From Rhizodiscina lignyota (taxonomy: Eukaryota), in contig ML978121.1 in the NCBI GenBank assembly GCA_010015805.1, positions 3,038,001 through 3,102,000 on the forward strand: a stretch of DNA of 64,000 bases. The letters are read 5' to 3'. Of this stretch, positions 36,266 through 49,235 are shown one piece after another. A model generated the notes under the pieces. That model did no database searches. It was not told the DNA's origin and saw only the letters and a list, made by a program, of their open reading frames with translations. The position numbers were made by a program, and so were the translations under genes. How positions within the stretch are numbered: position 1 is the stretch's first letter; the number at the start of each line of letters is the position of its first letter.

Positions 36266-37385
36266 ATGAGTGGAAGGGTTCTAGAGGATACGGGTTAAGA
36301 TCTGCTTGCCTGGGAAAACTCTGGCTGGAACGATTTACGCAAGGGGTTGGACCTTTTTCTGCTGATGATGCTGGGCCTCCAGGTTCGTAGAGAATTTTGG
36401 AGTCCTCATACATCACCAGAAAGTCTTCAGGAATGTCTAGGCAAGTGATAGTACGAAAGAACAAACATACCGGCGACTCTGATGAACCGTCATAATTCGC
36501 CGGATGTTTTACTGTAATTCAGCTTCATACAGCACAAAAGATTAATTTGCACATCGACTTGGAGATGTTATTGGCCAAAATTGAGATATCGCCCAGCCAC
36601 TGAAGATTTGCGGCGCACCGCAATTCAGCTACGGCCGCTTCCAGGCCTTGCTTCATATGCGCTGATTCACTTGCGCAACCACTCTCGACCCCAAAGTCGT
36701 CCATCAGCCTTGTGAGACGCTCCGTGCCCCTCTTGGCCATTTCCGGCAGCTCCAAGTTTCCCATGTCGATCATCGTGGCTTTCGCAGTAGCTGTCTCGAA
36801 ACACCTGCCCTTTGGCGCGTGATTGGCCGCGGTCAAATGCATCTTTCTTGTTCCACACCCTGATCGACAAACCCTTGAAACCACTCGCTTCAATCCCAGC
36901 TGGGCACGTTCACTCTCCTTCACCTGCAAGTCATGGAGACCTTCTCTGTTGGACGAAGCGCGCAAGCAAACCTCCGGCTACCTACCTCTCTAGGCTTTGC
37001 TCCAGCCTTCTAGTCTCACTCGAGCTCTTCGCCAATGGCCCATAAGAGCGCGCTGGACAGAGCACGTTGCGCCTATTTGCTGTCTTCGGACCTGCCAGAA
37101 TCTCCTCGTCGTCATGGGCTGTCGTCTCCGGCAGTCCCTGACAGCGCGCTGGTGCATATTTCCTGCTTCGCTCCGTTCCGAGAGCGAATGACGGCGAGCA
37201 TGAGGCCGGAAGCAGCATAAACCCCCGCTGCAGGCAGAGTGATGATCTTAAGGTCTCAGAGCTTAGGTAGGTGAGTATGAAGCTATAAGACATGATATCC
37301 CATGCAATACTGTTTGCTCTCTTCCTTCGTTGTGATACCCCTCCGTCGCCGTTCGTTGTCCGTCATCATTTTCCTGGTCCCAAAA

Positions 37386-38697
37386 ATGGCGCTCATTTTG
37401 GACCTCTTGCTTCTTTTGGGCGCTGCAAGCTCAGCTTTGAGTGCGCCGGCTCTGGTAAAAAGAGCTGATGTGCCTCAATTTGTGAAGGATTATGGTAAGT
37501 CCGCGTCCGATTCTGGTGGTCTGCTACCTTGCAAATTTCAATGGCTCCTCTGAGATCATACCAAATCTATCTGAGCGGATGGTCCATAACGCGCATCGCT
37601 TGTTCTATTTCCAAGTTTAGCACGATTCTTGTGCGTTTTTGATCTTATCAAGAGAAGGCTCTGTGTATATGGCCGAAGATGAGCAAGTTTTGACTTTGGG
37701 CTTTACTTACACATTCCCAGCCCCAATGGTCTGGCTACATTCGGAAGACCCGTACAATCCGTCAGACCTCGCAACACACATCAGCCATACGCAGCCAGAA
37801 AACAATTTTACCGTCGTTGATGGCGCGCCGTCACCGCTAACCGTCGACAATCTCAATTCGCTTAATAACCTCGGCGGCACGAGCATTTATCTGACGTCAA
37901 AAGACGACGTTACAACGAACCCATCATGGCTGAATGGTCAGTCCCCAGACTCGAGTGGTAGTACTGGAAATGCCATCACTTGCGCCGTAATCGTCAACGA
38001 CAAGGGCGACGGCAATGTTGATGCATTTTACATGTACTTTTACTCGTACAACTGGGGAGGAGAAGTCGTGGTCTTGGGACTAAATGTCGGTAACTTCGGT
38101 ACGTTGACACCGCGATTCTGTTTCCTTCAAAGTTTTAACACAAAAATTATAGACGACCACGTTGGCGATTGGGAGCATAACATGATCCGCTTCGCAAATG
38201 GCACACCCACTTACGTGTGGTATTCTCAACATGCTAACGGCGAAGCATTCAAATACGATATCCTCGACAAGGACACAACGAACTCCCTTCGGCCCATCGT
38301 CTATTCTGCAAATGGTAGCCATGCCAATTACGCAATTAGCGGCACCCATGATCATACTATCCCGAATCTGAACCTTCCAGATAATGGTATACTTGATGAT
38401 TACACCGACCAAGGACGACTGTGGGATCCTATCGCCTCTGCTTGGTTCTACTCTTATACGCCGTCGCCTGAGACTTATACGGCCTACGATGGAAGCAGTC
38501 CAACGGGATGGCTTTATTTCAATGGTCAATGGGGCGACCAACAATATCCCGACAGTGACCCGAGGCAGACAGAGCTCTTCGGGCAAGCGAAATATTCGAG
38601 CGGGCCCACAGGGCCGAGAGACAAAGATCTGGACAGGACTAACGTGTGTCCGGACAACGGAAATGATTGTATTTTGAGGGACGTGCTGGGCCCGTGA
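37386..38697 (+). CDS. Secreted Vps62-like protein (3 exons)
   Basis: Signal peptide plus VKR, then VPQFVKDY/APMVWLHSED, DAFYMYFYSYNWG, HVGDWEHNMIRF, SANGSHANY, WLYFNGQWGD and GPTGP. Confidence 0.9.
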
Positions 38698-39849
38698 TGT
38701 CGGTCTTTTGGCCGGAAAGGCGTAGAGTTACTGTGATTCATTCTAATGACTATTGTGGGCTGCTCTGAAGTTGTATTGAACGCGGCGTGTGGGCGTCTGG
38801 AGACGGCTTGCAGGCTGTCGAGATTTTCTAGCTTGATCAAGTTGGGGAACGGGCTTTAATGGCTGCGGGAGTGTCGCTGTCGTCTAATCGGCAATGGAAG
38901 TCTGTGGTGTAACTTAATCTCATGCCGTAGTCCCAGGTCGGGCTCAATATTTGTGCACAGACATGGCAAGCAAGGAAAACAACCTCGATCTCAAAGCTAG
39001 CCGATCGACCCAGCGATCGCGAGGCTCGCTGGGCCGGCGAACTGCCTTGGCACGATATTCTAGACGCGACGGACATGAAGCGGCTTGCGGGAGAAGATCA
39101 AAGAGGTTAGCAGCTGTAAAGCCGTTTCTGATGGCCGCCAAGCCATCAAAACGCCACCCCTTGCCCACGCGAGCTGACTGACATGCGTCCTCCATCCAAG
39201 ATCCCTCTCCACTGTTTGCCTCGCTTGGTGGGCGTGTGGGCTCTCCAGCTTGCGCATGACACGCCAGGCGCACGCGGCGGCCCTCTGCGGCGTCTGATCG
39301 CACAGCTGAGCGTCTGCCGCAGCCGACTCAAATCCATGCTCCACACCCACAATCGCACTCAAAGATGCTGCCCCCACCGTTTGAGACTACTCTGATGGCG
39401 AGCTGGACGGTCTCGGACTTTGGTTCCAGCTTACCCTTTCCGGAGGCCAAAGATGTTGCCGATGACAGTCTGAGATCGCGCTCCAGACGCGATGCAATCG
39501 TCAAAAGTGATGCCTTGGATTATTGGCGGGCTTTCGAAGCCGACGCAAGCCTCTGCCGTCACGCGTCTCTTAATGCAATTCATACATACATACATATACG
39601 ACAGGTAGGCCACCCTCAGATCACCCGTTCATGCAGCTCCGGCCTCGAAATTCTTCGCAGGTATGGTTGATCATCCGACCCCAAGGAACTGACTCCGCCG
39701 TTGCATTGATTTCATTACGGAAAAGGTATTGCTCTAACTCTTTTCTCGTCGTACAAGTATCTAATATGACTAGGCCTGTTGCTGCAATCACCCACACTCT
39801 CTCATGTTTTGCAATTTGCTTTCTCCTTGGGCGATAGGTTTTCGAGAGC

Positions 39850-40434
39850 ATGCCGCCAGTTGTTCATGTGCTTGAGGGAAACGACTTTGGAGACTCCGGT
39901 GACCCAGCACTCGTCGAACGCTTTCTAAACATTCATTTATCGTTTCCCGCCGTCCTACTATTCATTGGAATTTTTGTCATATTCTCTGCTAAGCTTCTGT
40001 GTCTGAGGCTTCAAGGTCCGTGGAGATATCATTCGAGATTGCCGGATAGGAAAATACCAACATCCAAGTTGCCTGGAACCAGTCTCGACCATTATCCATC
40101 CTCATCAATGAGTACCAGCAAAGATCCAGCCCAAAACGGCTGCTGCTCGGGTGTCCGGACCGACTATGATTTGGGACCAAAGTGCCAGAAGCAGGAATTC
40201 TCCGTTCAGGACCTGTTGACACCAAGACCGCCAGCGCCTACCATTAGGAGGCACTCAGAACAACCAGACCTTCTCAGGAGTGATCAGCCGGGGAACCAAG
40301 TCATCACACACTCGACGTTTATTCGGAGAGAATCAGCACCTGCAGGTGGCGCTTTCCACGGCGAGATATGGACCGCCGATCCTTCCGGGACAAGAGCTGG
40401 TTGGCGTCGAAAGCAGTGGACAGTCATGGGCTGA
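39850..40434 (+). CDS. Hypothetical single-pass membrane protein
   Basis: 194-aa ATG ORF with one hydrophobic segment (FPAVLLFIGIFVIFSAKLL), a disordered tail and a terminal GWRRKQW. No family recognised. Confidence 0.5.
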   Translation: MPPVVHVLEGNDFGDSGDPALVERFLNIHLSFPAVLLFIGIFVIFSAKLLCLRLQGPWRYHSRLPDRKIPTSKLPGTSLDHYPSSSMSTSKDPAQNGCCSGVRTDYDLGPKCQKQEFSVQDLLTPRPPAPTIRRHSEQPDLLRSDQPGNQVITHSTFIRRESAPAGGAFHGEIWTADPSGTRAGWRRKQWTVMG

Positions 40435-41356
40435 GAGAAAGACTGGTCGAAAAGTTGGTTTTCTTTGGCATCAACCAGGGCTCTGCCAACCTTTGACGTC
40501 CTGTCGCAAGCCGATCAAAGCGTCTCTGACAGGAGGAGGCTTCCAGACTGCAAGGTGTACGCTGCTTTGCAACGACACGGCTAAGGCGACGCGAATGCGC
40601 GCAGAACGTTCCAAGGCGCAGCGAAGGAAGTCGTGGCGTTGCCACACAACGTGCGGGAGAGCGGAAATGGCGTGGCGTTGCGGCGTCATGCTTCACCTAA
40701 ACTTTAAAATGAGGGGCGCACGTGCTAACAACCCGGTCGAATTGCTGTCTCCGCGAGCTGGACCATGGCAATTTCAAAATCCCTGCAGGGTTCGTCGATT
40801 TTAGGCGGAACGGGGGCCTAAAAGAGGCTCGCCCACCCCTTTTCGGGAAAAAGGAATATCGCCTGGCGAGCGCACAGATTAACCAGCCGGCCGGATTGGG
40901 AATTTGGGTCGCGGGTCGCTTCAGCCCAGCAATTGCATGATGCTCGTAACCTCGGTTTCACTTTCCGCTTCCAATGCGCCTTTCCAAAAATGCCTTCAGG
41001 CTATCGGACGTGACAGGAGCACAGCCTCGAATTTATCGATGCGGCCTAGACTCCGAGCAATGCCAAACGAGTCATCTACATGGGTGCCACTTTAACCCCC
41101 ATCGGAGCATTCGCCTTAAAGATCCGTGGAGGATTCGTAACAACTGGGACTCAAGCTCCCATAACTCGCTTTTCTCTCCGATGGTTGTCGTCATGTGGCG
41201 CTTTGGGAATAAAACGGTGTGCATGTTTAGCCTGGAATTACTTGACATTTTAAGGGTTGCCTAGTGTACAATACTGTCTTCTCAAGTTCTCACTGTTCAC
41301 GTCCAGTTCAACTTCTGTTCCAGGCCGTGAACCGCATATTATGTTTCTTTAAGCAA

Positions 41357-42538
41357 TCATAGATTACTTCGCTGACGCTGCGGCTTGTTTGTCTCCTCCC
41401 ATTTCGAGCCCTCAGCAAACGCGGGAGGCTCTTTCTCTAATGGCTTTTGCAACCAATCCACCATTCGCTGCGCGCCTTTCAGGGGATTGAGCCCATCCAC
41501 GTACCCAATGAAGGGCCGGTGCACTCTGTATCCCATCATTTCCACAATCCGATCATCGATTTCGGCAAGGCGCCTCGGGTCGACGGCAAGCATCATGTTC
41601 TCAATTGGTCGAATCTGAGGATCCCGGTCAGGTGTGGACTGATCGCTTATATCAAGTGCCACGGCGACTCACATATGGCTGGCAGTATTGTACCGTCATG
41701 CTCATCCTAGGCACAGACGTTCTGTTGTTCCCGCCGCCGTGCCACACTAGGCCTATGAAGTAACTTGAACGTCTCGTCAGAGCGCCAGGAGATTTACCGA
41801 GAGGCACGTTTGCTCCGCTGAACAGAGTCACTTACACGACGCTGCCCGCTGGGCAAACCATCGGCTTTGTTTCCTCCTCAAGTGGACGGCGCGAATCGGG
41901 CCATTTGTGGCTCCCTGGTATTACTCGCGTTGCGCCATTCTCGGCCGTGAAGTCATCGAACGCTTTTAAATCAGCAAGCTGGCCGCTTTTCAGTGTTCAC
42001 TCCGTTAGTATACCCACCAACTAGAATAGCAGTCCCAAGAGGAGGTCGCGGCCTAGGTAGATGGCAATAGCCATCATCTGCACAGCAAGATCCACGCGTT
42101 AGCTCTCGAGTCCTCCTTCCTAGTTGCAAAGGAGACTGTACCATGATGCAACGCCTGCGCCTTCTCTCCAGGGTTGATCTGAATCGTATGCAGCACCGAG
42201 ACCTGGTACCCCGGGTCCAGGAAGTAATCGTTCAGCGCGAGCACCTCCGGGAGCATGCAGTACTTGTCGAACACGCGCGTCTTGTTCAGTAGCGAGTAGA
42301 TCCGGTTGGTGTCGAGCCCTTCAAATGGATTCCTGCCGGCCTTCGGGCCTTCGCCGCTCAGCCGTCGCATCTCTGCCTTGGCGGCGGCGGCATCCTGGAG
42401 AGAGAATGCATTGCGGATGATCACATAGCCGTGGTCGAGGACGTGCTGGATGTTTGCGCGAGTCTGGGCATCCGAGGGCATAGCATGCTCAGGCTTGTCG
42501 CCAGGGAAGATTCGCGATGCTGAGCTGGTTTGGGCCAT
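41357..42538 (-). CDS. Phytanoyl-CoA dioxygenase (PhyH) family Fe(II)/2-oxoglutarate oxygenase, multi-exon
   Basis: GYVIIRNA, GRNPFEGLDTNRIYSL, IQINPGEKAQALHH/DD, DDFTAENGATRVIPGSH, WHGGG, IRPIEN and MMGYRVHRPFIGYVDG. Confidence 0.9.
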
Positions 42539-43284
42539 TTTGGAAGTTGAATATAAATGGTTTAAGATATTCCGACGCGTCGATATAGATTGACTGCTTC
42601 TTTGTATGCCGACAGAGTTATGAATTAAACGTGGCGGGTTCTATGACAGTCAGCATGCGAGCAGACATTCGATTTATTAGATGTGTGAAAAGAGCATCGA
42701 CTAAGCGGACTTACACCACTGAGCCAATATCAGTATTCATCCCTATCGTCCACCGACTAAGTAAGGAAAGCAATTCGAAAGGTCCTACGTATTTCCCTTA
42801 AGTTCTTTTATACTATGAAGTTGGTGATTGTCCGGACATTTGTGTCAGCGTTGCTCAATGCGGGGAAATCTGGGCATAAGGCATGCATATTGTGGAGTAT
42901 GGGTCAGACTGCACAACTGGGGCAAGCCGAGGCACACTGTGAACGTCATTCACCATCAAGAGAACACAAAGTGAGAGTAATTTGGGAAAGAAGTTTTGAA
43001 TCCGAGCATGTGCTCATATTTTTGAAGGACTACCTTGAAGCGCCACGCATACATGCTCCGCTTGTCCTGAGGGTATCAATCGCCTTAAGAGTCCATTGAA
43101 AGAAAGTGTTGTGAACCCAGTTTCGCAATTAAACAATCGCAATCGCCCACAGAAACACCATCGTGATGCGCAATTTTCGTGAAATAAAGACCTGAGGTCG
43201 AGTATGAGGAGCGAGCCTATTTAGTTGCGGCTTTCCAAGTTTGGATAGTAAACGTGCAAAGCGCGCAACAGTCAGCCCGATCGC

Positions 43285-43936
43285 TTAGACTGTCGCGGCA
43301 CCATGGTTACCACGAGAGTCACGAGAGTCACGGTTGCGGAGCTTGTGGTAGATGTAGATGCCCTGTGGATTCCCAGAATCAGTTTCACGAGAAGTAATCA
43401 TTGTGTACGAGTTGAGACATACCAGCAAAAAGCTCGCGAGCCAGAGGCAAGCTGAGATGAAGCTGAACGCCTCAGCGGCCTTCCATTCCCCGCAGTATCC
43501 GCCATGCTGGATACCACCCCAGTGGAAGACGCCACCGCAGTTCTGGCCTCTGAGGTAGTTGACAAGGATGCCGAAGGCAGCGAACCAGGCAGCGGAGATG
43601 ATGAAGTCCATGGGGTAATGGAGCATGTGAGTAAGAGTGGGTATCATCCAGATGAGCGAGAGGATGAGGGCCAGGACGGCGACAACTAGGGTGTAGATCT
43701 CACGACCATCTGAAGGTATCAGTGATCTGTATGCGCTAGGAATGAGGAATTTCAACTTACGAGGACCGGAGTGAGTATGATGGTACTGCGAGAGGAAGTA
43801 CGCCATGATACCAAGCACAACCTTAACCGTGATGTTAGTAACTGCAATAGCTAGTATCAAAGGGCAAGCAACTTACAGCAGCGCACACAAACTCGCCGAA
43901 GCGAAGGATGAGCGAGCCAACACGAGCCAAATGCAT
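43285..43936 (-). CDS. MARVEL-domain integral membrane protein, multi-exon
   Basis: LILRFGEFVCAA/VVLGIMAYFL, four hydrophobic segments and CGEWKAAEAFSFISACLWLAS. Confidence 0.88.
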
Positions 43937-45068
43937 GATGCCTTGCTATTTAGCTATTGGTGTAACTTGCAGGGAGTTTTGGAGATGAGGGCTGGTGAGA
44001 AGAGTCGAGGTCGGCAATTTGGTGTTGAAGAGTGGAAGAAGAGAGGAAGAAGAACGTAGTTACCTTGGGCACTATTTATATCGGGTGCCGTCCTTGTTTG
44101 CGCGCGCTGCCTAACAAACTTTCGCGTAACACCAGTATGACGTCTTCCATTCGCAAGGCACCAAACTTTGATGACGCGCATTGAGCGCAAGGCGTGCTTA
44201 ATATTGCATGTGCAAATTACTCCATATTCGCGTCGTTGCGATGACTTCACCACGCACAGACCTTGCAATGGTGTCCAAAAGTGTTATCATTCGACATGTC
44301 AAATGTAACGAAACTATACCTCACAAACGTCGAAGACTACCAACAAGTGAAGCCTAGCTTCGACTTTTGGCAAGAAGAGTGATTCGATCGGCCGCACCGC
44401 TTGGGAAGGGCATTGCTTAGTCCTTGCATGAATTGCACGAATTGCACGACGTCGAAATGTCGTCCAGGCCATGGCTCTAGCTCTGCCTTTAAAGACCCAA
44501 GGTATATCACACAGCAAATCACCAGTGCTCTTTTAAAAGTGTGCTTGCATAATGTTCTCATGCATGCCCAATCCTGAGTGACCAGCACATGCCTCTAGGG
44601 GAAGGAGCAGCCCACGAGACCAACATCTTGACGTTAGAAGTCATAAGACTCCTCGAAATGTGTACAGCAGCGATTTGCAAGCGCTTGTGGTCGCGCAGAG
44701 ATAATGAGAGCCGAGTGGTTGGCACCACATGGACATCCTGAATGGAGTGAAGCGCTGAGAAAAACAGGAAATTGGGAGATGAGGTTGCTCGCGCGCTGGC
44801 TTCTCCACTTCTGAAACAGGCTAGCGGCTCCTCTCCCGATCCTGGCTTCCATATCGGAGAGGTAAGGCTTCAATTGTAGATCAACTTGGAATCCATCCAA
44901 CAAGAATTAATGCAAGAATTTTAATTTCGATTGTGCCGATGAAAGTCTAACTATTCGCCAGCGACGATGCCTGCCTTTTCCTTTCCCTCAAAGTCAGGAG
45001 GCATTCAAAGATTTGGTTTCGGTCCTGATTGAAGTCTTAGTGCTGGATTCTCATCTATCTGAAATAGT

Positions 45069-45707
45069 TTAATTCGGACCCGTTGAATTGGCCTCTCCGA
45101 CGTCGAGAGCGACCAGGAATCTGCTCACGCAGTTGTACGCGGCAATGGTCGCCGTGAGCTCAATCACTTCCCGCTCGGAGAACAAGCTCTTGATCTTGCT
45201 GAAGACGGCATCGGATACCTCTACGTCCTTTGTCATGGCATCTGCGTACGCCATGACCGCCGCGTGCTTCTCGTCCAAAGGCCCGCTGCCCAGAGGTTGG
45301 TTCTGTGTAGGTGGAGCAGTCTTGACGTAGTTGATGCCCTCGTCGTTGACCTCTCCCGCATCCTTCAATATCGGGGCATGAGCATTCCACTCGAACCACG
45401 CCTTGTTCAGTACGGCAACTCGGCTAATGGCAATTTCGCGGATTGAAGCATTGAGAGAATTCTTCGTTCGAACGGCACCTAGCAATGCGTTCCTGTCATT
45501 TCGTTAATTGAATTATCATGACACATGTCAATATACACATAGAAGCAGAGGTACATACCAACCACCTGCAATTGGAGGGGCGTGCAGGAGGGCAAGATCG
45601 AGAGCTATGAGTCCCCTCGGTCCACGTCTTGCCTTGACGGCCTCGAGAGTCGCCTTATCCTCCTCCGAGGTGAAGTTCGGTGGGTTGTCAGTGTACGGCA
45701 AACGCAT
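45069..45707 (-). CDS. Carboxymuconolactone decarboxylase / AhpD-like protein (2 exons)
   Basis: MRLPY...LDLALLHAPPIAGGW/NALLGAVR, REIAISRVAVLN, EWNAH and ELTATIAAYNCVSRFLVALDV. Confidence 0.9.
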
Positions 45708-45969
45708 GGCTGAGGCAGATTTTCTATTACAGAGTACTTTTGATCAATTTCTGAGATTCAACAAGAGGTTTCCGTCTTTAATCCGTCAGACTTCTTCTGG
45801 GAGGGGTAAGTATTTAACCTCTCTGCGTTATCGATAAAAGCTCTCCCATCGCTGTGGAGGGGCTCGGGCCGGAGAGCTTCGGTGCTGAATCAGTGCGCCT
45901 TCGAACGAAAACCAGCGGGAGTTGACTGTCCGCTGTTTTCTGATCTCCTTAACTCCTGCGAGATCGGCC

Positions 45970-47118
45970 ATGGCACCGCGGAAAGGAGGCAGTAAAACGA
46001 AGAACCCCGTTAAATCCAATAGTGCAAAATCAAAGAAAGGCGCTAGTGTTTCTGGTGAGAAGGAAGCGGAGAATTTGAAAAGAGTCCCGGTGGGCCTCCA
46101 GCAGCTTCTCCTGAATATTTTTCGAGACTCTTTCCCAGCAACAATCGGCTCAGACATCTCGACAACACTCCAGGAGATCAAGCAACATCTATACAATCGT
46201 GACTTCCAGAAGGCGTTTGGGCAGAAAGAGTATCTCGAGGCTTATGCTGTGCGATGGTCTCCAAGTCGGGCGCTCTGTTATGCCGAAATCTTCAAGGACA
46301 TTCTGCCATTGATAGACGGAGCTTGTGATGATAGTGAAAATGGAGGAACCATTGCGATCACCTGCTTGGGAGGAGGTGCAGGTGCCGAGATTGTGGGTCT
46401 TGCTGCAATTGTGAAGAATCTATCAGATTTGGTCAACGAAGGCCAGGATGCTGAACCCCAAGGAGAGCGATGCAAAAGCATGTATGTTCGCACAATTGAC
46501 ATTGCGGATTGGTCAGCCATTATAAACTCTCTTGTTTCGGGCATCACCACTCCTCCTCCTCTGTCTGCGTATGCATCAGCATCTGCCAAAGCTTCCAATG
46601 CGGCATTAGTCGAGGCTCCGCAATTCACAGTCTCCGCCATGCAGGCCGACTTGCTCTCCATGGATGCATCAGAGCTACAAAAGGCGCTATCTGGGGCTTC
46701 TCTCGTTACCCTCATGTTCACACTGAACGAGCTGTACACAACTTCGATACCTCTCGCCCAGAAGTTCCTGGCGAATCTCACCGCAGCTGTGCAGCCAGGA
46801 ACACTGCTACTCGTCGCAGACAGCCCTGGTAGTTATTCCACAGTAACTCTCAATGGGAAGGAGAAGAAGTACCCTATGCATTGGTTACTTGATCACACAC
46901 TGCTTAAAGCTGGGAAAGAGAAGAGGTCTGATACAGATCAAGACTCAGAGCAACAAGGTGTAACATCTGAGAGCAAAAGTACTGAGTCTACTTCTGAAAG
47001 AGCATGGGAGAAGCTCAAGACATGTGAATCTATCTGGTTCAGATTGCCCGAGGGATTGAAATACCCGATACCGCTGGAAAACATGCGTTATCAGCTCCAC
47101 CTGTATCGCAAGATATGA
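45970..47118 (+). CDS. BMT6: 25S rRNA m3U methyltransferase Bmt6-like (DUF3115 family)
   Basis: IKQHLYNRDF, AYAVRWSPSRALCY, CLGGGAGAE, DIADWS, TLMFTLNELY, DSPGSYS, KYPMHWLLD and LENMRY. Confidence 0.85.
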   Translation: MAPRKGGSKTKNPVKSNSAKSKKGASVSGEKEAENLKRVPVGLQQLLLNIFRDSFPATIGSDISTTLQEIKQHLYNRDFQKAFGQKEYLEAYAVRWSPSRALCYAEIFKDILPLIDGACDDSENGGTIAITCLGGGAGAEIVGLAAIVKNLSDLVNEGQDAEPQGERCKSMYVRTIDIADWSAIINSLVSGITTPPPLSAYASASAKASNAALVEAPQFTVSAMQADLLSMDASELQKALSGASLVTLMFTLNELYTTSIPLAQKFLANLTAAVQPGTLLLVADSPGSYSTVTLNGKEKKYPMHWLLDHTLLKAGKEKRSDTDQDSEQQGVTSESKSTESTSERAWEKLKTCESIWFRLPEGLKYPIPLENMRYQLHLYRKI

Positions 47119-47183
47119 GAAAACATTTCAGCAAATTGCAATTTCCCATAAGCAAGCGGGATGGCCTCGTTCAAAGGAAGTCT

Positions 47184-48786
47184 TCACGCATGGACTTCCC
47201 AAATGCAGAGTCGGCCTACGTTTCCTTCCGCTTCTTCCGCTGCCCAACCGAAGACAAGATTTACGCGGAGAAACAGCAGTCTCTGCTCGATAGTTCTCAG
47301 CTCTTCAGTTGAAGTAGCAACTAGCTCGCTTGTCGTACGCCCGAGGAGCTGCTCCCATGCTCGCGTACTGACAATGAGCTTTCCGCCGGTAGTAGTCCCG
47401 GTTTCATCGATCAGGGGGCCGAGCAAGCGTGGATTGATTCGGAGCGCGACCTGTTTCTCGCATTGCTTGCATTTTGTCGATACCAAGTTGGCGAAGAGGG
47501 GCACGCCACAGCATTCATTGCAGAGGAGCATATTTCTGCGCTCGTATTTCACAATGTTCAGCTCCATGATGATCGCGGAGAGATATCCCATGAATCGCTC
47601 TCCTGGAGCAGCCCTTGCGAACTCGTCAAGGTCACCGAGAGTCCAGAGGACCCGCTGAGGAGACATCAGTGCCGCTTCGAAATCGAAGATGTCTTGGGGA
47701 AACTCTGGATTGGTGTGCTCCCTGCGAGTAATGCGTTGCGCAAATCCTCGGAGCCACTCCGCATCCTCGATACTCGGATCAACATCAACGCATGTGCTGG
47801 CATTCAACGAAATCCACGCTTTGCGGTCGATGCGCCATCCTGGGCTTGTGAAGAGCAGGATAGTCTGCGAGGTTTTCCAAGCTGTCACAGAGACGGTGGT
47901 TGGGCCCCAGAGCGTGAACGTTGCCTCGGCAGTATGATCGAAGACTCCAACACTCACGACGTCATTCTCGAGACCTTTCTTGTTCGTCACTGCATAGCGT
48001 CAGAGAGAAACGTCTCCACGTATGAGTTGATGAGCGCAATTGACTGATCTTCACCTTTCTTCCGTCCTCCGATCCACTTCACAGCGACCAAAATTCTTGA
48101 GCCAACGATATCATATCCTCCATCAATGAAGTTCTTCAGGGTGATCAAGTCGCGTAATGGACGACCTGGCCGATATCCGAGCGGCGCTTTGCACAGGTTG
48201 CCATCGTCACTCGCCTCATGCAACATCAAATGGCACCCGCGATCACGTTCTGGGAAGATGGAGGTGAAAAGCGGCGCAGTTGATGACGTAAATGTACCAT
48301 GTTCACTGTTAGATATATGCGATGTCCATATCGTGACGAGGTGACCGAGTCGGAGCGCGGGCAGCGGGTTCGCGTACCAAAGGCGGATCTATTTCACGCC
48401 TCAGACGCGTTAATTACGCTATGAACAGAAAGACAACTCACTGTGAGTGCGCCAGTATCGTCTTTGATGATCATCTTGACGCATCCTTTCGCTGCACGAG
48501 GCCTTTTGCTCGGAGTCTGCTGGTCGAAGAAATTCACGATTCGGCCCATGAACGTGCGACAACCAGGGCCGGGGATGAGGTCACTTATATCGACATCATC
48601 GTACTCCTGCGGTGGGTTCCAAGTCTTTTCGATAGTGGAGGGGCGATGTACTTGCTTTTCGGCTTCAGTGAAGCCATCGCCAGGTTCTGGAGGCTGCTGG
48701 ACAGCAGCAGGACGTGCTTCATGCGCCGCTTTTGAAGGTGCAGCAGGCTGGAAGAACGACTGAATTGAAGGTGACTGAGGCGCCAT
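47184..48786 (-). CDS. MEIOB-like multi-OB-fold ssDNA-binding protein (3 exons)
   Basis: OB-fold signatures GRIVNF, IKDDTGALT/IRLW and VFDHTAEATFTLWG, then VDVDPSIEDAEWL, a Cys cluster CNECC...KCKQC and LIDETG. Confidence 0.7.
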
Positions 48787-49235
48787 AATTGATGGTTACA
48801 TAACACAAGGAGTTGCGTTGTGATGAATTAGTTGCTGGCTTGTGAGGTTGACGCGTTTGAAGGCAGGAGCGATGCGACTTTCTGCAGACTGCAGTAGTAC
48901 CTACCTAACTTCACTACGAGCGCAAAGCTACACATACGTGAGCAACAGATAATATTTTGAATTATGCATCTTCAGAAAGGACTGTATTGTCTTCGTTGTT
49001 ATGAAACGAGCGCATAATTATCGCAATTTGATTTTAGCTGCATCTCCTTTCAGTTCCAATTTCGATGAAAGGTCCTCATTGCATATTCTCCTCATACCGC
49101 AGTACCATTGAATCCATCAAGCGAACAAACCAAGACTGAAAACCATTTTCCTACCCATGTTGAAGAGAGCAGAATCCCCATCGAGGCACAACTGAAGTTG
49201 AATTCAAAGGTCAAGTCACTACATAAATTGTGGAA

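Noticed and set aside
36525..37293. Possible two-exon minus-strand gene (ORFs 36982..37293 and 36525..36965)
   Set aside because: The joining intron would be about 40 nt with no clear branch site, and no motif is recognisable. It cannot be supported without RNA data.
32344..45707. EthD + PhyH dioxygenase + CMD as a metabolic gene cluster
   Set aside because: Not contiguous, and there is no backbone enzyme, cluster transcription factor or cluster transporter among them.
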